Origin: Pseudomonadota bacterium
GTDB taxonomy: Bacteria; Bdellovibrionota_C; UBA2361; OMII01
DNA length: 64,000 bases
Assembly: GCA_038134595.1 (NCBI GenBank)
Contig: JAYPVM010000001.1
Span: 64,001-128,000, forward strand
Direction of reading: 5' to 3'
This document shows, one piece after another, positions 30,679-40,465 of this stretch. The position numbers and the translations under genes were made by a program. The number at the start of each line of letters is the position of its first letter. The stretch's first letter is position 1. Under the pieces are notes generated by a model. The model saw only the letters and a program-made list of their open reading frames with translations, did no database searches and was not told the DNA's origin.

Positions 30679-31878
30679 ATGAGCATCAAAAGATTCATGA
30701 GACAAGCTCCTTTGCCACAAGCCGCTCCAAACTGGAAAGCTTTCGAGAAGTCGCCAACAAGGCTTGTTGTCGATGGCGTATTTTTTCAACTCAACACAAC
30801 TGGGATTGCAAGGCTGTGGAAGGCCATCCTACAGGAGTGGGACAAACAACCGTTTGCATCCGAGATTCTCTTCCTCGACAGAGAAAGCTCTGGTCCCGTC
30901 TTTTCTAACATTCGGGTAAGAGAAATCCCACAATATGAAATTGGTCAAAGCGACGAAGATAGAACAATGCTTCAAAACATCGTAGACGATACAGACGCTC
31001 AGCTATTTGCATCAACCTATTACACCTCGACTCATAGCTCAGCAACCATGCAACTGGTCTACGATATGATTCCTGAAGTCCTGGGTTTTGACATTATAAG
31101 CGAACCTGCTTGGCAGGAAAAAACAGCAGCGTTTAAAAAAGCATGCTACTTTCCGTGCATATCAGAAAGCACTCGTCGCGATCTTCATAAGATATTCCCT
31201 CACATCAGTCCCACTCAAAGCAAAGTAATATACCCAGGAATTGACAGAACCTTTTTTAAACCCCGTAGTGCTGACGAGATTCTCAAGCTACGAGCAAAAC
31301 ATAACATAACCAAACCTTATTTTTTAATGGTCGGATCTGGAGGAGGATACAAGAATGCGCTCATGCTCATCGAAGCCTTCATACAACTTCCATCATACTC
31401 TGCCTTTGACATAGTGATGGTGTCGGGAGGTGCCATTCCTGGCGAATTAGTAGAGGTCTGTAATGCAGGAATCATAAAAAAATTGTCACTATCAGATAGT
31501 GAACTCCAAGCAGCCTACTCAGGGGCATTAGCACTAGTTTATCCGTCGCTGTATGAAGGGTTTGGATTACCTATCCTAGAGGCGATGGCTTGCAACTGCC
31601 CGGTTATCACAAACAACAAAGCTTCATTGCCTGAAGTGGGGGGAGATGCCGTTCTATACGCAACCACTCCTTCAGAACTAGCCACTGCACTTTGCGTCGC
31701 GCAGGATCCTCAAGTGCGAAACACTCTCATTCACAAGGGTAGCGCGAGAGCAACTCAATTTAGTTGGAGCACCACAGCACAGTCCCTTTGGAACACTGTT
31801 ATTTCTCTTGGAAGTCCGTTGAAAATCCCCCCGAAACACTACCTTCTGCCGGAGGGAATTATAGATGCCATTTTATAG
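30679..31878 (+). CDS. Glycosyltransferase, GT-B (GT4-like)
   Basis: [27 protein letters not shown] and FSW. Confidence 0.93.
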   Translation: MSIKRFMRQAPLPQAAPNWKAFEKSPTRLVVDGVFFQLNTTGIARLWKAILQEWDKQPFASEILFLDRESSGPVFSNIRVREIPQYEIGQSDEDRTMLQNIVDDTDAQLFASTYYTSTHSSATMQLVYDMIPEVLGFDIISEPAWQEKTAAFKKACYFPCISESTRRDLHKIFPHISPTQSKVIYPGIDRTFFKPRSADEILKLRAKHNITKPYFLMVGSGGGYKNALMLIEAFIQLPSYSAFDIVMVSGGAIPGELVEVCNAGIIKKLSLSDSELQAAYSGALALVYPSLYEGFGLPILEAMACNCPVITNNKASLPEVGGDAVLYATTPSELATALCVAQDPQVRNTLIHKGSARATQFSWSTTAQSLWNTVISLGSPLKIPPKHYLLPEGIIDAIL

Positions 31879-32146
31879 CGTTACCTCAGAACTAGAATTC
31901 ATACAATTCTGATACAAGGAATCGCAAAATTAATGCTTTGTTATCATTACTAGCGAGGCCTCACTGATAGGGCATGGCTCTTTTAATCAACACCTTAGAG
32001 CGCCTATCAGTAGCGCCATGTGTCATGTAGGCTGTCGAAACACCATCAAAGTCGAAGCTAAATCTGTTTGAGAGCATCTTATCTATTGTTCTTCAATCTT
32101 TGGGCGTTTAATGAAACAACACAAAATCGGGTGAGTAAATAATTTT

Positions 32147-33361
32147 ATGGCTTTGGATGAACAAATCAGTAAAGCCATCGAACGGCCGATTTCTCCCATT
32201 AATGGTCGGTCTGACTTCGAGCAACAAGCAATCTTTGATGAACCGAGGTTTGTTACAAAACCTTCTCTACCGCCCCTCGATGATTTCCTCCCATACCTCG
32301 AAGAAATCTGGCGCTCCGCTAGGCTCACTAATGGAGGGCCGTTTCATCGACAATTTGAACAAGCCCTAGCCGATTATTTAGGCGTTAAGTACGTATCACT
32401 ATTTGCTAACGGCACACTTGCACTGATAACCGCGATGCAGGCACTTGGAATATCAGGAGAGGTAATAACTACCCCCTTTAGTTTCGTTGCAACGGCACAC
32501 TCTCTCAACTGGAATCAATTGACTCCAGTTTTTGTCGATGTCAATGACTCGACATATAACTTAGACCCCGACAATATTGAGGCAGCAATAACAGCAAAAA
32601 CACGGGCGATAGTACCAGTGCATGTCTATGGCCAGCCATGCGACGTAGAGGCCATCGAAGAAATCGCTCGTCGTCATAATTTGTTCGTTGTTTATGATGC
32701 TGCTCATGCATTTGGTGTAAGTCGTAACGGCTCGTCTATCCTCAATGCTGGCGATCTATCAGTGCTCAGCTTTCATGCTACTAAAGTGTTCAATACATTC
32801 GAGGGCGGCGCTATCATCTCAAATAATGCCGAGATGAAGGAAAAAATTGATCTGCTCAAAAACTTTGGATTTCGCAATGAGGTGACCATAATGGGAACCG
32901 GTATAAATGCCAAACTCAATGAAATACAATCCGCATTTGGTCTGCTCCAATTGAAACATCTCAGATCCAACATTACATTACGAAAAAGAATAGCAAAAAA
33001 CTATGAGCAATCTTTGGTCGGTCTTCCGGGTGTGTCATTTCTTCTCGAACAAACAGATACGGAATATAATTACAGTTACTTCCCAATTTTCTTAGATGCT
33101 GAAGACTGCCCAGTTTCGCGAGATGCACTGTATGACGCATTGAAAGCGAACAACATATTCGCTAGACGATACTTCTATCCTCTCATCACCGAATTTCCTC
33201 CGTATAATCAACCAAGCTTGATTGCAGAGGGCGGGCTTCCGGTTGCCGCCAAAGCTTCACAAGAGGTGCTCTGCTTGCCAATCTACCCTGAGCTCAAGCC
33301 AGAAGAGCAATGCATTATCCTTGATGTAATATACAAAACATTTAAGACTCACATGGGTTAA
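32147..33361 (+). CDS. DegT/DnrJ/EryC1 sugar aminotransferase (VioA-like)
   Basis: LTNGGP, NGTLAL, YDAAHAFG, SFHATKVFNTFEGG and RRYFYP. Confidence 0.93.
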   Translation: MALDEQISKAIERPISPINGRSDFEQQAIFDEPRFVTKPSLPPLDDFLPYLEEIWRSARLTNGGPFHRQFEQALADYLGVKYVSLFANGTLALITAMQALGISGEVITTPFSFVATAHSLNWNQLTPVFVDVNDSTYNLDPDNIEAAITAKTRAIVPVHVYGQPCDVEAIEEIARRHNLFVVYDAAHAFGVSRNGSSILNAGDLSVLSFHATKVFNTFEGGAIISNNAEMKEKIDLLKNFGFRNEVTIMGTGINAKLNEIQSAFGLLQLKHLRSNITLRKRIAKNYEQSLVGLPGVSFLLEQTDTEYNYSYFPIFLDAEDCPVSRDALYDALKANNIFARRYFYPLITEFPPYNQPSLIAEGGLPVAAKASQEVLCLPIYPELKPEEQCIILDVIYKTFKTHMG

Positions 33362-33366
33362 GGTAA

Positions 33367-34305
33367 ATGAGCTATACTATATCTCCTGACCCAATCGTAT
33401 CTGTCCTATGCGCCACTTATAATCATGAGAAGTATATAGGAGATGCGCTTGATAGCTTTCTCGTCCAACGAACTTCATTTCCTTTCGAAATTTGTGTCGG
33501 CGAAGACGATTCGTCTGACAGAACTCGTGAAATCTGCATTGAATATGCAAAAAAGTATCCAGAGCAGATTCGCCTATTCCTACGAGATCGAAAGGATGTG
33601 TTCTACATAAATGGGGCGCCAACGGGACGCTCAAATATAATCAACACACTCCGGCAGTGTCGAGGCAAATACATCGCATTCTGCGACGGGGATGATATGT
33701 GGATTGATCCTTTGAAGCTCGAAAAGCAGGTCTCATTTTTAGAGGCTAATCCTCAGTTCTCAATGTCGTATCATCAGTGTCGAGTGGTTTATCATGACGG
33801 CCGGATAGAAAACCGCCATATCCCAGCGGAATTTCATACTCTTAACTTGCACTTACTGACTTCCATCGAGAATCCGATCCATTCTTGTACAGCGTTATTC
33901 CGAAAATCCGCAGTAATAAATAACCTAGACAAATTATGGGATCCTGAAATTCTTGTTGCTGATTTTGCTCTTTGGCTCCTGTGTGCCAAACAAGGTCCAA
34001 TCGCCTATCTCCCCGAGGTAATGGCTCTTTACCGACATCATGGGTCTGGATTCTGGTCAAACCAATCACGGGAGCAGGAACTCTCAAGAACTAGTGAGTT
34101 GTACCTCAATCTGAGAAAGTGGTTCGAGCCCTCGATTCAATCTAATCTTACAAATCAAGCGTGTCGATTTATGTTAAGCCGGATGCAAAGAGGATTCCAG
34201 ACAGATAATCAGCTGATAGCAAGAGATAGCTACAACAAGATAACCGAGATGAATCCACAATATTGGTACGAAATCATGCAGGCTATACTCAGGCCTTCTC
34301 AGTGA
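33367..34305 (+). CDS. Glycosyltransferase family 2
   Basis: VSVLCATYNHEKYI, GEDDSSD, RGKYIAFCDGDD, KLEKQV and YRHH. Confidence 0.93.
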   Translation: MSYTISPDPIVSVLCATYNHEKYIGDALDSFLVQRTSFPFEICVGEDDSSDRTREICIEYAKKYPEQIRLFLRDRKDVFYINGAPTGRSNIINTLRQCRGKYIAFCDGDDMWIDPLKLEKQVSFLEANPQFSMSYHQCRVVYHDGRIENRHIPAEFHTLNLHLLTSIENPIHSCTALFRKSAVINNLDKLWDPEILVADFALWLLCAKQGPIAYLPEVMALYRHHGSGFWSNQSREQELSRTSELYLNLRKWFEPSIQSNLTNQACRFMLSRMQRGFQTDNQLIARDSYNKITEMNPQYWYEIMQAILRPSQ

Positions 34306-34552
34306 AAGGTGGAAAAGAGACCGGGCTAGCTAAAAACTCCTATCTGCATTCACCAATTCAATCTGCATCTACACGGGAGCGAAGCACTCGGACAGATATA
34401 GAAGCCTTCTAACATCTGAAATCTTCTGAGTACGGCGTAAATTACACAAATACCGACCTTTTCATCTACTTATAACCCTCATAGGAATTGACAGGATTAG
34501 CAGAATAAAAAAGAGCGAACATAACAGCTTCCATCGCTCCAATCTCAACATC

Positions 34553-35317
34553 TCAAAGCTTCTTACTCTCCAAGATAACAAGCGGACGATTCAGAAATTC
34601 GCCAAGTTCATCTTGACGCATACTGTTGTCCTCATTTAACGGAACATAAGCAACCGAGCTATTTTGATGGCGCTCCGCAACAAGCACTTGCGTAAAACTC
34701 CAGTCATTATCACATACTTCATTCATCCAGCTAAGCATTGCCTGCTTAGTGCCCCCTTGGAAAAGCGGACGGCGGACATCTCCCATCCAGTTAAAACCAA
34801 TTTGAAGGACTAAAAAACGAGTCTTGTATGCTAAAACCGCAAGGGAGCTCTTCATAGCCTCAAGAGCAATGGTAAGATCACCGGCCTCTCCATAATCATC
34901 GCCCACATGGTGAAGCACATTTAACAAAACTACCACATCGAACTGGTCTTCGAGCTGCTTATCAAATCGAAAATACTCATTGCTACAAGTGATTCTCTCA
35001 GTTAATCCCAAAGTCCGCACGGCCTCCTCGACAAATTCCCAGTGCGCCCTATTACCTTCGACATAAGTCACATGCTCTGCACCATTCGCAATAAGTTCGA
35101 ATGAAAAATATCCGGTGTTACCTCCGATGTCGAGGATCCGCTTACCTTGGATTGGAACAATTTCTTTGATAGCGGCAAATCGTTCCTCTTCATGACGCGC
35201 AATTGCCTGCCCAACTTGAAGCTCTGGGAATCTTCGATTTATCTCTGGTGCAAGCACTTGATATGCAGAATGCTTGCTAACTGCATCATAAAGTTGCTTC
35301 AATCGCGCCTGGCTCAT
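34553..35317 (-). CDS. Class I SAM-dependent methyltransferase
   Basis: ILDIGGNTGYFSF and FDVVVLLNVLHH. Confidence 0.88.
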   Translation of the reverse strand: MSQARLKQLYDAVSKHSAYQVLAPEINRRFPELQVGQAIARHEEERFAAIKEIVPIQGKRILDIGGNTGYFSFELIANGAEHVTYVEGNRAHWEFVEEAVRTLGLTERITCSNEYFRFDKQLEDQFDVVVLLNVLHHVGDDYGEAGDLTIALEAMKSSLAVLAYKTRFLVLQIGFNWMGDVRRPLFQGGTKQAMLSWMNEVCDNDWSFTQVLVAERHQNSSVAYVPLNEDNSMRQDELGEFLNRPLVILESKKL

Positions 35318-35318
35318 T

Positions 35319-36428
35319 CTACTGCACTCCTAGCTCATCAATAAACAAATCCATAGTATCACGTCTCTTGTATACATCATGTTCCAGAAATTCGTGTAAA
35401 CCATTGAGCATATTGGCATCCGCCCCCTCCAAGCTAATAGCTGTTGGAGATTGGCTTGCACGAAAGCCGCCGAGCCAGAAATACTTAGCTTCCTGCAAAA
35501 CAGAAGAATGCTCCGGAGGGAGAGAGGTCGCGCGCCAATCAAATAGGAAATCATGGAATAAGTCGCGCCCAGCGTCTACAAAAAGTTGCGACGGACCCCA
35601 CAACCGCGGATTTGCCTCTATGGCAAAGCACCCATCCAAAGTCTTCCGGATCTCTATCATAATAAATCCAAAAAAACCCAACTTTCTCAAGAACCCTTCA
35701 TATGCCGCCCCTATCTCCTCTCGATGAATCGAACTAATTCTGGCTGCAAGGATTGATTTCCCATTGGGCTGTTGTAGTAGATTTTGCTGCGAAAGCGATA
35801 CTATCTTTCCATCTCGATAAACATAGTAGAGGAGATAATAGCTTTCGCCTGAAATGAATCTTTGAAAGTAGTAATTGGCTTTTGCCTTGGTCTTCATAAA
35901 TCTTGAAAACGAATCCTCATCAACCAACAACTCTGGGCTTACAATAGAGCCATCCTGCAGCTGATATGTTCTTGGTTTTGCAACTAAGGGAACTTCTGAG
36001 TAATTGATATCAAATACTTCCTCTGGAATCGCGAGCCCATGAGATGAACAGAGATCACCAAAGGACTGTTTGTCAGAGATTGCGCTATACAGAGAGCCCT
36101 CGACCAACGGAAGCCTACAGCCCCGAGATTCCAGTACGTCCCTATGTGTCAGAAAAAACCGATTTAGATACTCGGAAGAGGGCAAAAGCAGACACTCCCG
36201 TTCACCAAGAGATTCTTGCGCCTGTTGTACATACTCCAATACGTTTTCGATTTCCAGTTTACTACTGGCTCGAACACCGCCCACATATTCCCGATACGTT
36301 GTTAATAAAATTGGATCTTGCTCTGTCAGAGCAACAATTCGAACCGAACATGAGAGACGGATCGCAGAGCGCAAGAAAGCGATAACGCCTCGTGTGTTGA
36401 ATCCTGAAAATATAAGAATTGGTCGCAT
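35319..36428 (-). CDS. ATP-grasp fold protein
   Basis: LLPSSE, SDKQSF, PLVAKP, FQRFISG, GFIMIE and IEANPRLWG. Confidence 0.85.
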   Translation of the reverse strand: MRPILIFSGFNTRGVIAFLRSAIRLSCSVRIVALTEQDPILLTTYREYVGGVRASSKLEIENVLEYVQQAQESLGERECLLLPSSEYLNRFFLTHRDVLESRGCRLPLVEGSLYSAISDKQSFGDLCSSHGLAIPEEVFDINYSEVPLVAKPRTYQLQDGSIVSPELLVDEDSFSRFMKTKAKANYYFQRFISGESYYLLYYVYRDGKIVSLSQQNLLQQPNGKSILAARISSIHREEIGAAYEGFLRKLGFFGFIMIEIRKTLDGCFAIEANPRLWGPSQLFVDAGRDLFHDFLFDWRATSLPPEHSSVLQEAKYFWLGGFRASQSPTAISLEGADANMLNGLHEFLEHDVYKRRDTMDLFIDELGVQ

Positions 36429-36833
36429 TATCAAATCCACCTATAGTCCATACTTTACGGACAAAAGATCTGCCAAAATTAAGACAAGGGTAGCACATCC
36501 ACTATTGCTACAATAGGCTCTTACTTACGTCGAAGAAACGGAATACTCCACCCACAGTTACTAACTGAAGAGCGACACAGAACAATAACGCTCCGACGAG
36601 AAGTGGATCTCCATAGATTGCAAAACCATCCGAATACAACGGTTCATGTCTCCAAATGCTTAGTTGTTCAAAAAATCTTGGCTTTTGTGAATTCGATTAG
36701 CTAAGTCATAAAACTGCGTAGCGAGAGCCTCAAGAATGCTGATCTTCCAATTCCACAAAGGGAATTCTAAAAATCAGTATTATCGCGGCTCGCTAGAGCA
36801 GGCTTCCTGAAATATCCGATTTGGGTGTCTAAG

Positions 36834-38351
36834 CTAACTCTCTACATTTAAATTCATATGCTTCAGCATTTCATCTGATAAACGCTCGCGCCAGCCAGCC
36901 ACCGCCCTATTCCAGCGCGGATCAAATACCTCTGCATTGTCGACCGTACTGTGTAGACTTTCGTAACGTGTAATCCATGCGGCCAAGTTTGATGTCGCCT
37001 TTTGCTCCTCTCCATTCGGAAATCGAATCACTCCTGCCACGGTAGGCTTTGAAACTCCTGTTGTAGCAGGTTGTGTAAACGGCTCTCCCGTAATACGACA
37101 CCTAGCGGCATCTGCAAATATGCGTGCCTCCATCGCTGTTCCATCAAAGCCATATTCGATCGACGAGGCTATCTTTACCTCTTTCGAGCCATTCGAAACA
37201 CGCATTCTTAGAGAAGCAAACAGATCGCTATGCTTATCCAAAATCACACACCGCTCCTGATCACCTGAGAGCAGTGCTTTAAAATCCTGCACACAGAGGG
37301 GATTCTTCCAGCCACCCCCACAAAGCGCATAGTAGCTCGGTAAAACAATCTCGTCAGATGTCAATGCAAGCGAATGCGCGTAAATGTAACTTGAAAAGTA
37401 AGTTGCTGTTCTTAACCTATCCTCCAAAGAAAGTATCGCTCCATCAATCTCTGCCTCTCCTGCAAGCTCTGGAATCATCACATACCACTCTGGATCGGAT
37501 GACTTTGGCGGACTCTTCGTCAGAAAATTCTCCCCTTGAGCCGTTAGCACAGCCTTCTCAAAGAGCACCTCAAGTAGTTTTTCGTTTACTACTCCAGTTT
37601 TCGCAACAGAGGCATCCTTGTCCATCCGCTCGCTTCGTTCTCGTGCCATCAATTTATCAGGAAAGTTATTAAATGGGCCCGTATCCCAACCCTTTACTAC
37701 TACCGCTCCCGTATCTCGGTGCTCAGAGATAATACTTACATTACCGGTGTTTCCTGCATTACAAAACGCGATAGGAAAGATCCCTCGTTTTTTAGTCGCT
37801 TCCGCTAGATGGGCATGATGTATAGGGGCAAGAGGCGCCCCCTCTCCTCCATTCATCACATCATCAGAGCGAAAGTCAGCTACAACCGTTATGCCAGTTA
37901 GATCAGCAAGCTGTTGGGCATCTCCTATTTGAACGGTGTAAATAGAACGCCTATCTGATGTTTGAGCGACCGACGGAGGAAAGTGTGCACACGTTTGTCC
38001 GTGAGAACCGATAAGGTCTACCTGCTCGCCCTCAAGCAAGTTCGACTGTGCGCTCTTTAGGAGGGCAGAGACTGCCTTCGCCAAGAAGGTCGTATAGGCA
38101 GATTGTACCGTATCAAATGAATCGCCCCCAATAGCATCGAAGCGCCTGACGGCATCAGGCATATTGCCCTTGGATTCAGCTATACACGAGCGTACCGCAA
38201 TCAGACCCTCTCGCAACTCATTTGGCATTTCCAGACTATAGGAACAAATATCTTCTAGCCCCCCATCCACACTGAAGCGCGTAAGAACCGCATCGACCCC
38301 ATCCAGGGAATTACCGGTCATGAGCCCAATTACTAATAAGGATTTGTTCAT
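36834..38351 (-). CDS. anmK: Anhydro-N-acetylmuramic acid kinase
   Basis: IGLMTGNSLDGVD, GSHGQT, DFRSDDVMNGGEGAPLAP, DTGP and CGGG. Start set at ATG 38351. Confidence 0.92.
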   Translation of the reverse strand: MNKSLLVIGLMTGNSLDGVDAVLTRFSVDGGLEDICSYSLEMPNELREGLIAVRSCIAESKGNMPDAVRRFDAIGGDSFDTVQSAYTTFLAKAVSALLKSAQSNLLEGEQVDLIGSHGQTCAHFPPSVAQTSDRRSIYTVQIGDAQQLADLTGITVVADFRSDDVMNGGEGAPLAPIHHAHLAEATKKRGIFPIAFCNAGNTGNVSIISEHRDTGAVVVKGWDTGPFNNFPDKLMARERSERMDKDASVAKTGVVNEKLLEVLFEKAVLTAQGENFLTKSPPKSSDPEWYVMIPELAGEAEIDGAILSLEDRLRTATYFSSYIYAHSLALTSDEIVLPSYYALCGGGWKNPLCVQDFKALLSGDQERCVILDKHSDLFASLRMRVSNGSKEVKIASSIEYGFDGTAMEARIFADAARCRITGEPFTQPATTGVSKPTVAGVIRFPNGEEQKATSNLAAWITRYESLHSTVDNAEVFDPRWNRAVAGWRERLSDEMLKHMNLNVES

Positions 38352-38567
38352 AATAACCCGTAGACTTCGAATAGCTAAACTGTTGGCTCTCCTCAGCGAT
38401 GACAGTAACATCTCTCTTAGATAAAGCACCATTGCAAATGCCGGACAACTGCCATAGATGATGTAGATTCTTATTAGCTTTACGGCTCCTCTTACTTTAC
38501 GAGCTTCCATGATACAGGTAAGCTCTATACCTAACAGTAGAATTCTAATCAGCAATACAAGCAAATC

Positions 38568-40148
38568 ATGGAACAGTCAGGCGAACGCTTCTTTGCCCTC
38601 CGAACCCTCTCAACACTCCGACAATCAAGGAAATTGCATCTCTTGCGTGCCGCATTCGTTGGGATCTGCGTAGGCTTAGTAGCCATGCTCTTTGAGCATG
38701 CAATTGAGATGGTAGAGCATTTCATGCTCAATCTGACTCATATCTCTCGATTTTCCGTTATCGGCTGGGTATTGTTTATCCTAACATGCTCATTTGTTGG
38801 TGGCAGTGTCGGATGGATTACTAACACAGTCTGTCGAGAGGCTAGTGGCAGCGGCATACCGCATGTAAAAGCCGTACTTCTAAACCTTCGAGAGATCCGG
38901 GTACTAAGACTATTCTTCGTTAAGTTCTTTGGTGGTATGCTCGCACTCGGTACAGGATTCTCTCTCGGTAGGGAAGGCCCAACCGTGCACCTTGGGGCAA
39001 CGGTTGCTGACGGAATCGCCAAGATTCTTAAAGTCCCAAAGAAAGCTAAGAGTCATTTAATCGCGTGTGGTGCAGGAGCAGGTCTTGCGGCGGCATTCAA
39101 CGCACCGCTTGCAGGTTTCATATTTGTAATTGAAGAGCTTAGACGCGAACTCTCGCCTATCACCTACGGCGTTGCATTTGTCGCCGCCGTTACCGCCGAT
39201 GCAGTAACCCGATTTTTCATGGGCTCCGGCCCCGCCTTGAGCTTTACCTCCTTTGATGCCCCCGACTTCTCAGCCACATGGCCGATGATAGCAGTTGGAC
39301 TAATCGCTGGTGGTGCCGGAATACTATTTAATGAAACTCTTGTGCGTGGGATTAAGAAAACGCCTGAGTCAATTCCGTTACCCTTACGTGGAGCGATTGT
39401 AGGGGCAATTATTGGCGTGGTTACTCTTATTTTTCCTCTCGCGACTGCGAATATTCAAAGAACCTTTGATGGCGTTTTACACGTCACCAACGGAATCGAA
39501 ATATCCGTATGGGTATTTGTCGGATATTTCACCCTTAAATATATTCTCACTATTGCCTCATACCTTACGGGAGTACCCGGAGGTATCTTTGCCCCAATGC
39601 TCATTCAAGGCGCTCTTCTGGGTGTCATAATAGGACGATTCTTTACGTGGTGCATTCCAGAACCTGCGCTTCCAGATGGAATGTACGCTATGGTAGGAAT
39701 GTGTGCATTCTTTGCGGCGAGTGTCCGTGCACCACTTACTGGCGTTGTGCTGATATCAGAAATGACCGGTAACTTTCAGCTCCTATTTATTCTCTTGGTA
39801 GCAGCATTAGCTGCCTATTTATTGGGAGAACTTATCGGAGGCAAGCCAATTTACGAGCGACTTATGGCTTTTGGGCTACGCAAACCAGATGCGCTATCCA
39901 CCGATGATAACGAAGCAATGATCGTTGACATCACCGTTGAGCCACATTCCAAACTAGATGGGGTGTCAATTAGAGAGGTGCAATTACCACAGGGATGCTT
40001 AATTATCACAATACGAAAAGACAGCAAGGAACTTGTTCCTCATGGTAGTACAACTCTCGCCGCTGGTGACGAGCTTGTTGTCTTACTTGAAGTTGGTGCT
40101 TTGGGATCTCTACAAGAAGTGAAAGAAGCTGCAAGCGGCACGCTGTAA
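38568..40148 (+). CDS. clcA: ClC H+/Cl- exchange transporter with C-terminal TrkA-C domain
   Basis: GSGIP, GREGP, FNAPLAG.FVIEE, GIFAP and PIYE; tail LVPHGSTTLAAGD. Confidence 0.92.
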   Translation: MEQSGERFFALRTLSTLRQSRKLHLLRAAFVGICVGLVAMLFEHAIEMVEHFMLNLTHISRFSVIGWVLFILTCSFVGGSVGWITNTVCREASGSGIPHVKAVLLNLREIRVLRLFFVKFFGGMLALGTGFSLGREGPTVHLGATVADGIAKILKVPKKAKSHLIACGAGAGLAAAFNAPLAGFIFVIEELRRELSPITYGVAFVAAVTADAVTRFFMGSGPALSFTSFDAPDFSATWPMIAVGLIAGGAGILFNETLVRGIKKTPESIPLPLRGAIVGAIIGVVTLIFPLATANIQRTFDGVLHVTNGIEISVWVFVGYFTLKYILTIASYLTGVPGGIFAPMLIQGALLGVIIGRFFTWCIPEPALPDGMYAMVGMCAFFAASVRAPLTGVVLISEMTGNFQLLFILLVAALAAYLLGELIGGKPIYERLMAFGLRKPDALSTDDNEAMIVDITVEPHSKLDGVSIREVQLPQGCLIITIRKDSKELVPHGSTTLAAGDELVVLLEVGALGSLQEVKEAASGTL

Positions 40149-40465
40149 AAACTCTCCCATCATCTATCTAACACCCGATATAGAATCAATGGTCATCGAG
40201 CCCCTCTTCGCTCGATGATAAGCGACAAGCTGTCGACACCACTAAAACAGATAATGCGGGGGACTAAGGATCGCAATGATATGGTTTAAGCACAATACGT
40301 CAATCAAGTTTCTCTACGATGACGGCAAACGTTCGAGCGGCGATCATAGTGGTCGATACCTCTCGATACACTCCGCATAATACTTGGACTGAGCGCTTAA
40401 GAAAATCATCATGGCGCCGAAGAAAGAGCTATCAGAGCTTTCTATGGGCGCGCCGGATTATTTGC

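Noticed and set aside
38352..38564. N-terminal extensions given by the ORF track (anmK here; also 52559-52741, 18002-18121, 46285-46365)
   Set aside because: Family homology and RBS positions favour the downstream ATG starts.
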